Shown here one piece after another: positions 38,418-46,540 of a stretch of DNA of 64,000 nt (its first letter is position 1; every line of letters starts with the position of its first letter). The stretch is from an uncultured Gemmatimonadales bacterium. Its GTDB lineage: Bacteria; Gemmatimonadota; Gemmatimonadetes; Gemmatimonadales; GWC2-71-9. Where the stretch lies: NCBI GenBank assembly GCA_963757525.1, contig CAVWRM010000002.1, positions 12,795-76,794 of the forward strand. Reading direction: 5' to 3'. A model generated the notes under the pieces. It was not told the origin of the DNA, did no database searches, and saw only the letters and a program-made list of their open reading frames with translations. Both the position numbers and the translations under genes were made by a program.

Positions 38418-39297
38418 CCGACACCGACTCCGCGCTACGGCTTGCTGGCGCGACGATCGACCTGCACGTCCATTCCACCGCGTCCGACGGCAGCCTGGCG
38501 CCCGATGTCGTCGTCGTGCGCGCCCTGTCCGCCGGACTCAGCGCCATCGCCCTCACGGACCACGACACCGTGGCCGGCATTCCGTCCGCCACCGCCGCGG
38601 GTGAGCGCCTCGGCCTCCGGGTGGTCGGCGGATGCGAGTTCTCCTCTGCCGCCCCCTGGGGCGAGATGCACGTGCTCGGCTACTTCCTGCCGGCCGAATC
38701 CGCTACGCTCGAAGAGTTCCTCCAGCGCCGTCGCGACGACCGAGTCCGGCGTGGGCGCGAGATGGTGACCCGCCTGCGCGGCCTCGGCGTGGAGCTGGAC
38801 TTCGAGGACGTGCTGGTGCAGGCGCGGGGTGGGGCTGTCGGTCGGCCCCACGTGGCCCGGGCCATTGTGCGCCGCGGAAGCGCCGCCGACATCGGCCAGG
38901 CTTTCGACCGCTACATCGGTCGCGGCCGGCCGGCGTTCGTCGAAAAGGTCCTGCCGCAATTCCGCGACATCGCCGACGTCGTTCACTCGGCGGGGGGCTC
39001 GTGTCCGCGGCGCACCTCAAGGAACGGGGCACCCGGTCGTTCCTCGAGCGGCTCAAGCACGAAGGCCTCGACGCGATCGAGGTCCGCCATCCGAGCCACG
39101 ACCACGCAGTGCGTGCCCGGCTGACGGACATCGCCGGCCGGCTCGGGTTGCTCCGGACCGGCGGCAGCGACTGGCACGGTGATCCCGAGCCCGGCGAAGT
39201 GCACGGCGCACTCGGGTCCCAGGAAGTGCCGGCTGAATGGCTCGACCGGCTCGAGGCGCTGCGTCCGGTTCCCCCGGCGCCGACGGTGGGTTCGTGA
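38414..39297 (+). pseudogene. PHP-domain metal-dependent phosphoesterase, reading frame broken at a G6 tract (38992-38997)
   Basis: Frame A (up to ~38997) reads IDLHVHSTASDGSLAP...IALTDHDTVAG...VVHSAGG. Frame B continues LVSAAHLKERG...GLDAIEVRHPSHD...RTGGSDWHGD and ends at 39297. One extra G in gcggggggctc would restore HSAGG-LVSAAH. The conserved HVHS motif (from 38465) lies upstream of the first ATG/GTG/TTG (38516). CTG 38414 overlaps the preceding stop (CTGA). Confidence 0.75.
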
Positions 39298-40028
39298 GCG
39301 CCGCCGGCTTCGACTTCAAGGGGAAGGTGGCGTTGGTCACGGGCGTTGGCCGCGCCGGTCAGATCGGCAATGCGGTCGCCCTCGCGTTCGGCCAGGCGGG
39401 CGCCAAGATCGTGGCCTGCGACCTGAACGCGGTCGGTGTGACCGAACGGGTCAGGGAGTTCGCGGCGGCCGGCGTCGACGCTCGGCCCTGCGCCGGCGAT
39501 CTCACGCAGCCCGACATCGCCGCGCTCGCGGTCGAAACGGCGCTGCGCCACTTCGGCCGGCTGGATGTCGTGGTGAACGTCGCCGGCGGACTGACGACCT
39601 ACGGGCCGATCGAGGAGCTTTCCCTCCAGGCGCTCGATCGAGAGGTCGCCATCAACCTCAAGACGACGGTACTGGTGTCCCAGGCCGCCATCGGAGCCCT
39701 GACGGCCAGCGCGGGCAACATCGTGAACTTCGCGTCGATCGCCTACTTCCAGCCGCAGAGCCCCATGGCGGTATACGTCGCGGCCAAGGCCGCCGTCGCC
39801 GGGTTTACTCAGAGCCTGGCCCTCGAGCTGGGCGACCGGAAGATTCGGGTCAACGCCGTGGCTCCCGGCATGGTCCGCACCAGCGACAATGTCGCCGCGG
39901 CCGGCGAAGCGGCCCAGTACGTCGAGCTGGCGGATATCACGGAGGGTGTGATGTCGCTGGCCGATCCTTCCTCCTCGACCACCGGACACATTCTCCCCAT
40001 CGCGCCGGACTCCTCCGGCGCGCGCTGA
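39294..40028 (+). CDS. SDR-family oxidoreductase
   Basis: KVALVTGVGRAGQIGNAVA, NVAGG and YVAAKAAVAGFTQSLALEL (YxxxK), then IRVNAVAPG. GTG 39294 overlaps the PHP stop (GTGA). Confidence 0.85.
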   Translation: MSAAGFDFKGKVALVTGVGRAGQIGNAVALAFGQAGAKIVACDLNAVGVTERVREFAAAGVDARPCAGDLTQPDIAALAVETALRHFGRLDVVVNVAGGLTTYGPIEELSLQALDREVAINLKTTVLVSQAAIGALTASAGNIVNFASIAYFQPQSPMAVYVAAKAAVAGFTQSLALELGDRKIRVNAVAPGMVRTSDNVAAAGEAAQYVELADITEGVMSLADPSSSTTGHILPIAPDSSGAR

Positions 40029-40759
40029 TGCAGCTCCGCGGCCGCGTCGCACTCGTGACCGGAGCCGGCCGGCGCCTCGGACGGGCCTTCGCGGAGGCGC
40101 TCGCGGGCCGGGGCATGACTCTGGCGATTCACCACCACTCCTCGAGCAGCGGCGCCGAGTCGCTGCGGCACGAGATCGTGGCCGGTGGAGGGCGGGCGGC
40201 GTGCTTCGCCGCCGATCTCACGGATGCCGCCGCGGCCGTCGAGCTGCCGCGCCGTGTCGTCGCGGAGCTGGGCCACCTCGACGTCCTGGTCAACTCCGCC
40301 GCGGTCATGCGCCGGCTCGGTGTCGACGACACGACACCGGCCCAGTGGGACGCGATTCTCGATCTCAACCTTCGCGCCGCCTTTTTCTGCGCGCAGGGCG
40401 CGACGCCGGCTCTCCGCGCCGCCCGTGGGAAGATCGTGAACATCGCGGACCTGAGCGGGCTCGAGCCCTGGCCCGGCTTCGCGGCCCATTCGATCTCCAA
40501 GGCAGGGGTCGTGATGCTCACCAAGGTCCTGGCGCGGGCGCTCGCGCCCGAGGTCACGGTCAATGCCGTCGCCCCGGGTGCCGTGCTGGTGCCCGAGGAG
40601 TACGACGCCGCGGAGCGGAAGCGGCTGGCCGACGCGGCGCCGCTCAAGCGGCTGGGCGCGCCGGAAGACGCCGTGGCGGCCATGCTCTACCTGCTCGAGG
40701 GCGGTGACTTCGTGACCGGCGAAGTGCTCGCGGTCGATGGCGGACGACTCCTCCGATAA
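40028..40759 (+). CDS. SDR-family oxidoreductase (pteridine-reductase-like by eye)
   Basis: RVALVTGAGRRLGRAFAEAL, NSAA, HSISKAGVVMLTKVLARAL and VTVNAVAPG. ATG 40028 overlaps the upstream stop by 1 nt (TGATG). Confidence 0.85.
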   Translation: MQLRGRVALVTGAGRRLGRAFAEALAGRGMTLAIHHHSSSSGAESLRHEIVAGGGRAACFAADLTDAAAAVELPRRVVAELGHLDVLVNSAAVMRRLGVDDTTPAQWDAILDLNLRAAFFCAQGATPALRAARGKIVNIADLSGLEPWPGFAAHSISKAGVVMLTKVLARALAPEVTVNAVAPGAVLVPEEYDAAERKRLADAAPLKRLGAPEDAVAAMLYLLEGGDFVTGEVLAVDGGRLLR

Positions 40760-41471
40760 GGTCGCGCTCGGCGACGTGATCGTCGTCGGCGGCGGGTGCT
40801 ATGGCTCCTTCTACGCCCGGCAGCTCATGCGGGCGCGGCAGCGCGGCAAGGCCGATTGGCGCACGCTGATTGTGGTGGATCGGAATCCTGCCTGCGGTGT
40901 GGCACTGGACCCGGAGCTCGCAGCCGACTGCGACGTCGTCACCCAAGAGTGGGGAGCGTTCTTCGACCATGTTCTCGCCCGCCCGCCCAAACCGGACGGC
41001 CCGCCCGACACGATCGTGCCGTCTCCCCTCATGCCTCATCTCATGTACGAATGGCTCGTCCGGCGTGCCCGGGCGCGCTGGCCGGAACGCGCAGTCGAGA
41101 CGCGCCCGCTCGAAGTCGGGCCGGGGACGCCGTATGACGTGCAACACCAGGACGGCACGCGCTACGTCTCCTATGCCGATTGGCTCTGCCCCACCCATTG
41201 CATCGAGCCGGCCATCTGCCCCGTGATCAGGGCACCCCGCAGCTGGGAAATGACGGACGCGATGGTGTGGCTGGCCGCGAGTATCGGTGCGGCCGGTCCC
41301 GCGCTCTTCGTCTGCCGGCATCGGGTGCATGGGGTCGGCATGTTCGACGTGTCCGCTGTCCTGGCGGGCGATGCCCTGGTGGAGGAAGCGGGTCGGGACG
41401 GACCCCGCGATGTCCTGGTCGGAACCATCTCCGCCTGCCATGGGGCCGCAAGTCTGATTCACATCGGCTAA
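40737..41471 (+). CDS. hypothetical dinucleotide-binding protein with Cys cluster
   Basis: N-terminal Rossmann fingerprint VIVVGGGCYGSFYARQL, then DWLCPTHCIEPAICPVIR and later FVCRH / ISACHG. I do not recognise the family. GTG 40776 is an alternative start. Confidence 0.6.
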   Translation: MADDSSDKVALGDVIVVGGGCYGSFYARQLMRARQRGKADWRTLIVVDRNPACGVALDPELAADCDVVTQEWGAFFDHVLARPPKPDGPPDTIVPSPLMPHLMYEWLVRRARARWPERAVETRPLEVGPGTPYDVQHQDGTRYVSYADWLCPTHCIEPAICPVIRAPRSWEMTDAMVWLAASIGAAGPALFVCRHRVHGVGMFDVSAVLAGDALVEEAGRDGPRDVLVGTISACHGAASLIHIG

Positions 41472-41520
41472 AGGCTGAACATCGGCTAAAGGCGAAAGGC
41501 GAAAGGCGAAAGGCGAAAAG
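41462..41520. repeat. direct repeat catcggctaaaggc x2 followed by (gaaaggc) x3.9
   Basis: catcggctaaaggc occurs at 41462-41475 and 41480-41493. gaaaggc occurs at 41494, 41501 and 41508, with a partial copy at 41515. The first copy spans the stop codon of 40737..41471. Confidence 0.85.
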
Positions 41521-41612
41521 CTGGTCGCTTCAGCCTATGGCCTTTACCCTATAGCCGACCTTCCGGAACCCCTGGTTGTTCTATATTTGAGCGATTCATC
41601 CTGGGGTATGGT

Positions 41613-42578
41613 ATGGCGGGCAGGAAAGAATTCGACGTCATCATCGTCGGTGCGGGGCCGGCCGGCCTCTGTGCTGCCATGTACGCTGGCCGCGGCATGT
41701 TGCGGACCGTACTCCTGGAGCGGGGTGTGCCTGGGGGCGAGCTGCTCAACACCGAGTGGATCGACGACTATCCCGGTTTCGACCACATCCTCGGGCGTGA
41801 GCTCGCGGCCAAGATGGCCGATCACGCGCTCAAGTTCGGGGCGGATCTGAGACAGGAGACGGTCGAGACCATTCACCGGCGCCACGATGGGATCTTCGAG
41901 GTCTCGACCGCCGGGGGGCCGGTGTACGAGGCGCCCGCGGTCATCCTGACCGCCGGCGGCACGCCGACCAAGCTGGGCGTGCCGGGAGAGATGGAATACG
42001 CCGGCCGCGGCGTGTCGTACTGCGCCGTGTGCGACGGCGCCTTCTTCAAGGGCGAGACTATCGCGGTCGTCGGCGGGGGCGACGCCGCCGTGGAGGAGGC
42101 CGACTACCTGACCCGGTACGCCGAAAAGGTCTACGTCATCCACCGCCGTGACGAGTTCCGGGCGTCGAGAATCCTGCAGGAGCGGCTGTTCGCCAATCCC
42201 AAGATCGAGGTGATCTGGAACCGGCGCGTCCGCGAGTTGCGGGGAGGCCCCTCCGGCCTCCAATCGATCGAGATGGACGACACCGTGACGGGTGAGCCAT
42301 CGTCGCTCGCCGCGACCGGCGTCTTCGTCTTCATCGGCTTCAAGCCCAATACCGGCCTGGTGCGGCACCACTTCGAGCACGATGTGGCGGGCTACATGGT
42401 CACTGACGACCGCATGATGACATCGATCCCCGGCCTCTTCGCCGCGGGCGACGTCAGGGTGCAGCTGACGCGGCAGGTCACGACCGCGGTGGGCGACGCG
42501 ACGACGGCGGCGATCGCGGTGGAGAAGTACCTGAAGGAGCGGAAGGAGCAGATCATGGAGGCCAGGGCCGGTGTCTGA
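41613..42578 (+). CDS. trxB: thioredoxin-disulfide reductase
   Basis: DVIIVGAGPAGLCAAMYA, redox-active CAVCDG, second Rossmann segment IAVVGGGDAAVEEA, and FAAGDV. Confidence 0.95.
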   Translation: MAGRKEFDVIIVGAGPAGLCAAMYAGRGMLRTVLLERGVPGGELLNTEWIDDYPGFDHILGRELAAKMADHALKFGADLRQETVETIHRRHDGIFEVSTAGGPVYEAPAVILTAGGTPTKLGVPGEMEYAGRGVSYCAVCDGAFFKGETIAVVGGGDAAVEEADYLTRYAEKVYVIHRRDEFRASRILQERLFANPKIEVIWNRRVRELRGGPSGLQSIEMDDTVTGEPSSLAATGVFVFIGFKPNTGLVRHHFEHDVAGYMVTDDRMMTSIPGLFAAGDVRVQLTRQVTTAVGDATTAAIAVEKYLKERKEQIMEARAGV

Positions 42579-43218
42579 AATCGAAGTCGTGCCGCTTCCC
42601 AACGGACAACTGGTCGAGAACTGCTACCTCGTGGCCGACCGCCGGACCGGCGAGGCCGTGATGATCGATCCTGGCGAGGAGCCGGCGATGTTCCTCGCCG
42701 AGCTGGACACGCGCGGATGGTCGCTCCGGGGCATCTGGCTCACCCACGCGCACGTCGATCACATCATCGGCGTCGAGGCGGTGCGTCACGCCACCGGCGC
42801 GCCGATCCATCTTCACCCGCTCGACCGCGCGATCTACGATGCCCTGCCGCAGTTCGGCAGTTGGGTCGGGATGAACCTCGATCCGCCGCCCCCACCGGAC
42901 GGCGATCTCCGCCCTGGCGAGACCCTCGCGGTCGGCGGGCTTCGGTTCGAGGTGCGCCACACACCGGGCCACTCGCCGGGCAGCGTCAGCTTCGTTGGCG
43001 CCGGGCGGGTATTCTGTGGGGACGCCCTCTTCAACGGGTCGATCGGGCGCACCGACCTGCCGGGCGGCGACTATGCCACCCTGATGGCCGGCATCCAGTC
43101 CCAGCTCCTCTCGCTTCCCGACTCGACCATCGTGCACAGCGGACACGGCGCCGAGACGACGATCGGCGTTGAGCGTCTGACCAACCCCTTTCTCACGGAT
43201 GCCTACCGCCTTGGCTGA
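42571..43218 (+). CDS. MBL-fold metallo-hydrolase (glyoxalase II-like)
   Basis: LTHAHVDHIIG (HxHxDH motif), HTPGHSPGS, GDALFNGSIGRTDLPGG. GTG start overlaps the trxB end by 8 nt. Confidence 0.9.
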   Translation: MSEIEVVPLPNGQLVENCYLVADRRTGEAVMIDPGEEPAMFLAELDTRGWSLRGIWLTHAHVDHIIGVEAVRHATGAPIHLHPLDRAIYDALPQFGSWVGMNLDPPPPPDGDLRPGETLAVGGLRFEVRHTPGHSPGSVSFVGAGRVFCGDALFNGSIGRTDLPGGDYATLMAGIQSQLLSLPDSTIVHSGHGAETTIGVERLTNPFLTDAYRLG

Positions 43219-43360
43219 GTCCGCCGCTCCGGGTCAGATCTCGAGGCCCGTGCCCACCTGCGGCCGGTGCGGCTTTCCGGTTCCGGCGCGGCCCGGGGGA
43301 TGCAAGAACCCCTGCGGTAACTGCGGGACCGTGTACCCGCTCGGGGACTGCTCTGACTGA
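43199..43360 (+). CDS. candidate small Cys-rich (zinc-ribbon-like) protein, 53 aa, not in the ORF track
   Basis: My translation is MPTALAESAAPGQISRPVPTCGRCGFPVPARPGGCKNPCGNCGTVYPLGDCSD*. About 44 of 53 third positions are G/C, clearly higher than the alternative frame over the same bases. CxxC...CxxxCxxC spacing. Confidence 0.4.
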   Translation: MPTALAESAAPGQISRPVPTCGRCGFPVPARPGGCKNPCGNCGTVYPLGDCSD

Positions 43361-43451
43361 TCGCACGGCGGGCATTCTCGACCTCGAGCTGATCGCGCCG
43401 GCCGGCACCCGGGCGTCGCTCGACATCTCCCGTATTGCGCTCCCACCCAGG

Positions 43452-44618
43452 CTGCGACCCACTGCCGGTCTCGGCGTCCTCGACATCACTGAGTTCTTCG
43501 GTGATACGACGGGCGGTGTCCGGACCTACCTCCTCGAAAAGGCCCGCTACGTCCAGCGCCGCCCCAGTCTGCGCCAGGTCGTGGTGGTGCCGGGCGAGCG
43601 CGACGAGATTCTCGAGGCCGCCGGCGTGAGGTGCTATCGCCTTCAGGGGCCCGCCGTGCCGACCCAGAAGCCGTACCGCTTCATGCTCGCCACCCGTTCG
43701 ACCAGTCGCATCGTGGCGCACGAGCGCCCCGACTTGATTGAAGTAGGCAGCGCCTGGTTCGCGCCGTGGCTCGTGCACCTGGCCACCCGCCAGGTCAACG
43801 TCCCGGCCGTGTGGTACTACCACAGCAACTTCCCTCGCGTCATCGCGCCGCACCGTCCCGGCATCGGACGCCTGCGCCGCGGCGCCAGCTCGCTTGCGTG
43901 GGCCTACGTGCGACGCCTCTCCCGCCTGGTCCTCGCCACGCTCGCCCCGTCGCGCGCGGTGGTTCACGAGCTCGAGGCGGCGGGTGTCGAGAACGTGATC
44001 CGGCTGCCGCTCGGCGTGAACCTCGAGCTGTTCCATCCTGCGCGTCGCGCGTACGCGGCCGAGACCCGGGCGCTGTATGGCTTACCCGAGGGGCCGCTCG
44101 CCCTCTACGTGGGCCGCCTCGCCGCCGAGAAAGAGGTGGAGCTGCTGGTGAAGGCATGGCCCGCGGTGAAGCGCCGAACCGGGGCACGTCTCGTCCTCGT
44201 GGGCGACGGCCCGGCTCTCCGGTCGCTCCGCCGCTCGCCCGGCGGGCGGGAAGTCACCTGGCTGCCGTTCGAGCAGGACCGAAACCGGCTGGCCGATCTC
44301 TACGCCGCGGTGGACATCTGCGTGTCTCCCGGCTCGCTCGAGACCTTCGGACTCTCCGCCATCGAGGCGTTTGCCAGCGGTACCCCGGTGCTCTCGGCGG
44401 ACGAGGGCGGAGTCGCGGAAAATGTCGGCCTCTCCGGAGCCGGACGCACGTTCGCGGCGCGGGACGCGGGTTCGCTGGCTGAGGAAGCGGTGAGTCTGCT
44501 CGGCGCCGATGTCGAGGGGCTCGGCGCCCGCGGCCGCGCGTACGCCGAGGCCCACCACGGGTGGGACCTCGTCCTCGACCGTCTCTTCGAGATCTATCGC
44601 GGAGTGCTCGCCGCGTGA
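43452..44618 (+). CDS. GT4-family glycosyltransferase (start codon non-canonical/uncertain)
   Basis: GT4 blocks: GVLDITEFFGDTTGGVRTYLLEKARY (N-terminal glycine loop, 43470 onward), LYVGRLAAEKEVELL, ETFGLSAIEAFASGTPVL. The first ATG/GTG/TTG in frame is 43581, downstream of the glycine loop. In-frame CTG codons are at 43353, 43389 and 43452. Confidence 0.75.
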   Translation: MRPTAGLGVLDITEFFGDTTGGVRTYLLEKARYVQRRPSLRQVVVVPGERDEILEAAGVRCYRLQGPAVPTQKPYRFMLATRSTSRIVAHERPDLIEVGSAWFAPWLVHLATRQVNVPAVWYYHSNFPRVIAPHRPGIGRLRRGASSLAWAYVRRLSRLVLATLAPSRAVVHELEAAGVENVIRLPLGVNLELFHPARRAYAAETRALYGLPEGPLALYVGRLAAEKEVELLVKAWPAVKRRTGARLVLVGDGPALRSLRRSPGGREVTWLPFEQDRNRLADLYAAVDICVSPGSLETFGLSAIEAFASGTPVLSADEGGVAENVGLSGAGRTFAARDAGSLAEEAVSLLGADVEGLGARGRAYAEAHHGWDLVLDRLFEIYRGVLAA

Positions 44619-45346
44619 CCCTTCTCGTGTCGATCCACGATGTCTCGCCGGCGTTCGGGCCCGACGTGCGGCGGCTGTCTGCCCTCTGCGCCCGGCACGG
44701 CGTCGTGCCGGCACTGCTCGTCGTTCCCGACTGGCACGGGCACTGGCCGCTCGAGCGTCATCCCGATTTCGTCGCGTGGCTGCGGGAGCAGCGGGCGGCC
44801 GGCGCGGAAATCGTCCTGCACGGCGAGCGGCATGACGAGCACGGGCTGCCCCGTTCGTCTGCGGATGCGCTCCGGGCCTGGGGCCGTACCGCGCTCGAGG
44901 GCGAGTTCCTCACCCTCGACGAGCCGGCGGCCCGGGCGCGCATCGAGCGCGGCGCGGCTCGCCTCTGTGCGCTGGATCTGCCGCCGGTGGGATTCGTCCC
45001 GCCCGCCTGGCTCGCCACCGAGGGCGGCCATCGTGCCGTCGCGGCGGCCGGCCTCGAGTTCAGCGAGGACGAAGGCTCGATTCGGCTCCACCCTGGCGGA
45101 CGGCGGGTGCGCTCGCCGGTCTTGCGATGGAGCACGCGCACCCGGCTCCGGGCCCTCGGATCGCTCGCGGTGGCCCGAGGCCGGTGGACCCTGCAGCGCC
45201 GGGCCAGTTTTCCCCGTCTCGCGCTCCACCCCCAGGACCTCTCCCATCCCGCCGTCGCGCGATCGCTGGAGCCAACCCTCGCGCGGTGGCTCGCTCGCCA
45301 TGAGGCCGGCGGCTATGCCGAGGTGCTTACGGCCCTCACGGCATGA
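44615..45346 (+). CDS. DUF2334 / polysaccharide-deacetylase-like protein
   Basis: VTLLVSIHDVSPAFGPDVRRL...LLVVPDWHG...EIVLHGERHDE is the DUF2334 pattern. GTG 44615 overlaps the GT4 stop (GTGA). Confidence 0.75.
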   Translation: MTLLVSIHDVSPAFGPDVRRLSALCARHGVVPALLVVPDWHGHWPLERHPDFVAWLREQRAAGAEIVLHGERHDEHGLPRSSADALRAWGRTALEGEFLTLDEPAARARIERGAARLCALDLPPVGFVPPAWLATEGGHRAVAAAGLEFSEDEGSIRLHPGGRRVRSPVLRWSTRTRLRALGSLAVARGRWTLQRRASFPRLALHPQDLSHPAVARSLEPTLARWLARHEAGGYAEVLTALTA

Positions 45347-46206
45347 CCCCGCTGCACGCCCATCTCGTCTGCGTCGCGCTCGTGGCGGCGGATCTGATCG
45401 CCCGCGCGTGGAGAATCCAGTGGATCGTGCAGGGCCTCGGGCATCGTATCAGCTTCGCGGACTCGTTCATCCTCAACGCGTTCGGCGACGCCGCATGCGC
45501 CCTCACCCCCCTGCGGATCGGGGGAGAGCCGGCTCGGCTCGCCGGCATGTTGCGAAGCCGGGTGCCGGCCACCGCCGCGTTCGTGGCCATCAGCCTCGAG
45601 GTCCTCGCCGCCTGGCCCGTGATCATCGTCGCGGCGGGATGGCTCGCGTGGCGGTATGCGCCGGAGTGGTGGGATCTCGCCGGGCCTCGTCTCGGGTCCG
45701 CCGCCGAGGCCGCCTGGCCCTGGGTGCTGCTGGTGCTGATCGCGAGCATTATCGCCTGGAGGGTGGCGGGTCGCGTCACCTCGCCGGTCAAGATCTTCGG
45801 TCGTCCGATTCGGCGAGCGCTCGTGTACTGGCGCCGGATGCCGCGCTGGCCGCTCATCGCGAGCATCCCGATGACGTTCGTGAACCTCGCGACTCGTGTC
45901 GCCATCCTTCCGGTGCTCGCGCTCACCCTACCCAACCCCCCCGCGATGGGCCCGCTCACCGTGGGCTCCTTCGCGCTCCTCTATAGCCAGCTGGTGCTGC
46001 CGACGCCGTCGGGTGCGGGCGCCGTGGAGCTGGGCTTCCTGGGTGGCGCCGCCGGTGAACTCGGGCCGAACCAGGGCTCGCTGCTGTTCGCCTGGCGGAT
46101 GTACACCAACGGGATCGGCGTAATCCTGGGGGTCGGCCTCGCGGCGCGGATCTACGGGTGGGCGGCCCTGCGGCAGCTAGCGGGGCGGTGGAGCGATTCC
46201 CACTAG
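45343..46206 (+). CDS. UPF0104 / lysylphosphatidylglycerol-synthase-TM-region-like (flippase-like) membrane protein
   Basis: About 8 TM helices. LNAFGDAACALTPLRIGGEPARL and PTPSGAGAVELGF are motifs typical of the family. ATGA overlap with DUF2334. Confidence 0.75.
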   Translation: MTPLHAHLVCVALVAADLIARAWRIQWIVQGLGHRISFADSFILNAFGDAACALTPLRIGGEPARLAGMLRSRVPATAAFVAISLEVLAAWPVIIVAAGWLAWRYAPEWWDLAGPRLGSAAEAAWPWVLLVLIASIIAWRVAGRVTSPVKIFGRPIRRALVYWRRMPRWPLIASIPMTFVNLATRVAILPVLALTLPNPPAMGPLTVGSFALLYSQLVLPTPSGAGAVELGFLGGAAGELGPNQGSLLFAWRMYTNGIGVILGVGLAARIYGWAALRQLAGRWSDSH

Positions 46207-46500
46207 AAGCACCGTGCGCTCGAGCGCCTCGGCCACGCCGTGGGGAACGTGCGCCGGCGCCCAGACTACGGTGCCGGGGCCGGCCTCGACGGTCTCGACC
46301 CCGACGGTCATCCGGGCCCGTCCGCTCACGACCAGGTAGAACTTGTCGGCGTCGACATGCACGTGGATCGGCTGGGTTTGTCCCGGCTCGAAGCAATTGA
46401 GGCCGACGAACAGCTGGCGGCCGGCGTAGAGTTCGCGTTTGACCGGTCGCTCGGTCGCGAAGTCCGCGACGGCGTCCACCGCCGTGAAGAACTGACTCAT
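46177..46500 (-). CDS. cupin domain protein
   Basis: GQTQPIHVHVDADKFYLVVSG...VWAPAHVPHG (cupin motifs 1 and 2). ATG 46500 lies inside ORF 46177..46551. Confidence 0.8.
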   Translation of the reverse strand: MSQFFTAVDAVADFATERPVKRELYAGRQLFVGLNCFEPGQTQPIHVHVDADKFYLVVSGRARMTVGVETVEAGPGTVVWAPAHVPHGVAEALERTVLLVGIAPPPR

Positions 46501-46540
46501 CGTGTCGGCCTCCCTGCCCGTCGTGTTATCATTCCCGCCT

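Noticed and set aside
38703-40052. 449-aa minus-strand ORF opposite PHP/SDR, and ORF 39179..40027 (+) upstream of SDR2
   Set aside because: They are shadows of the recognised PHP and SDR genes and carry no motifs.
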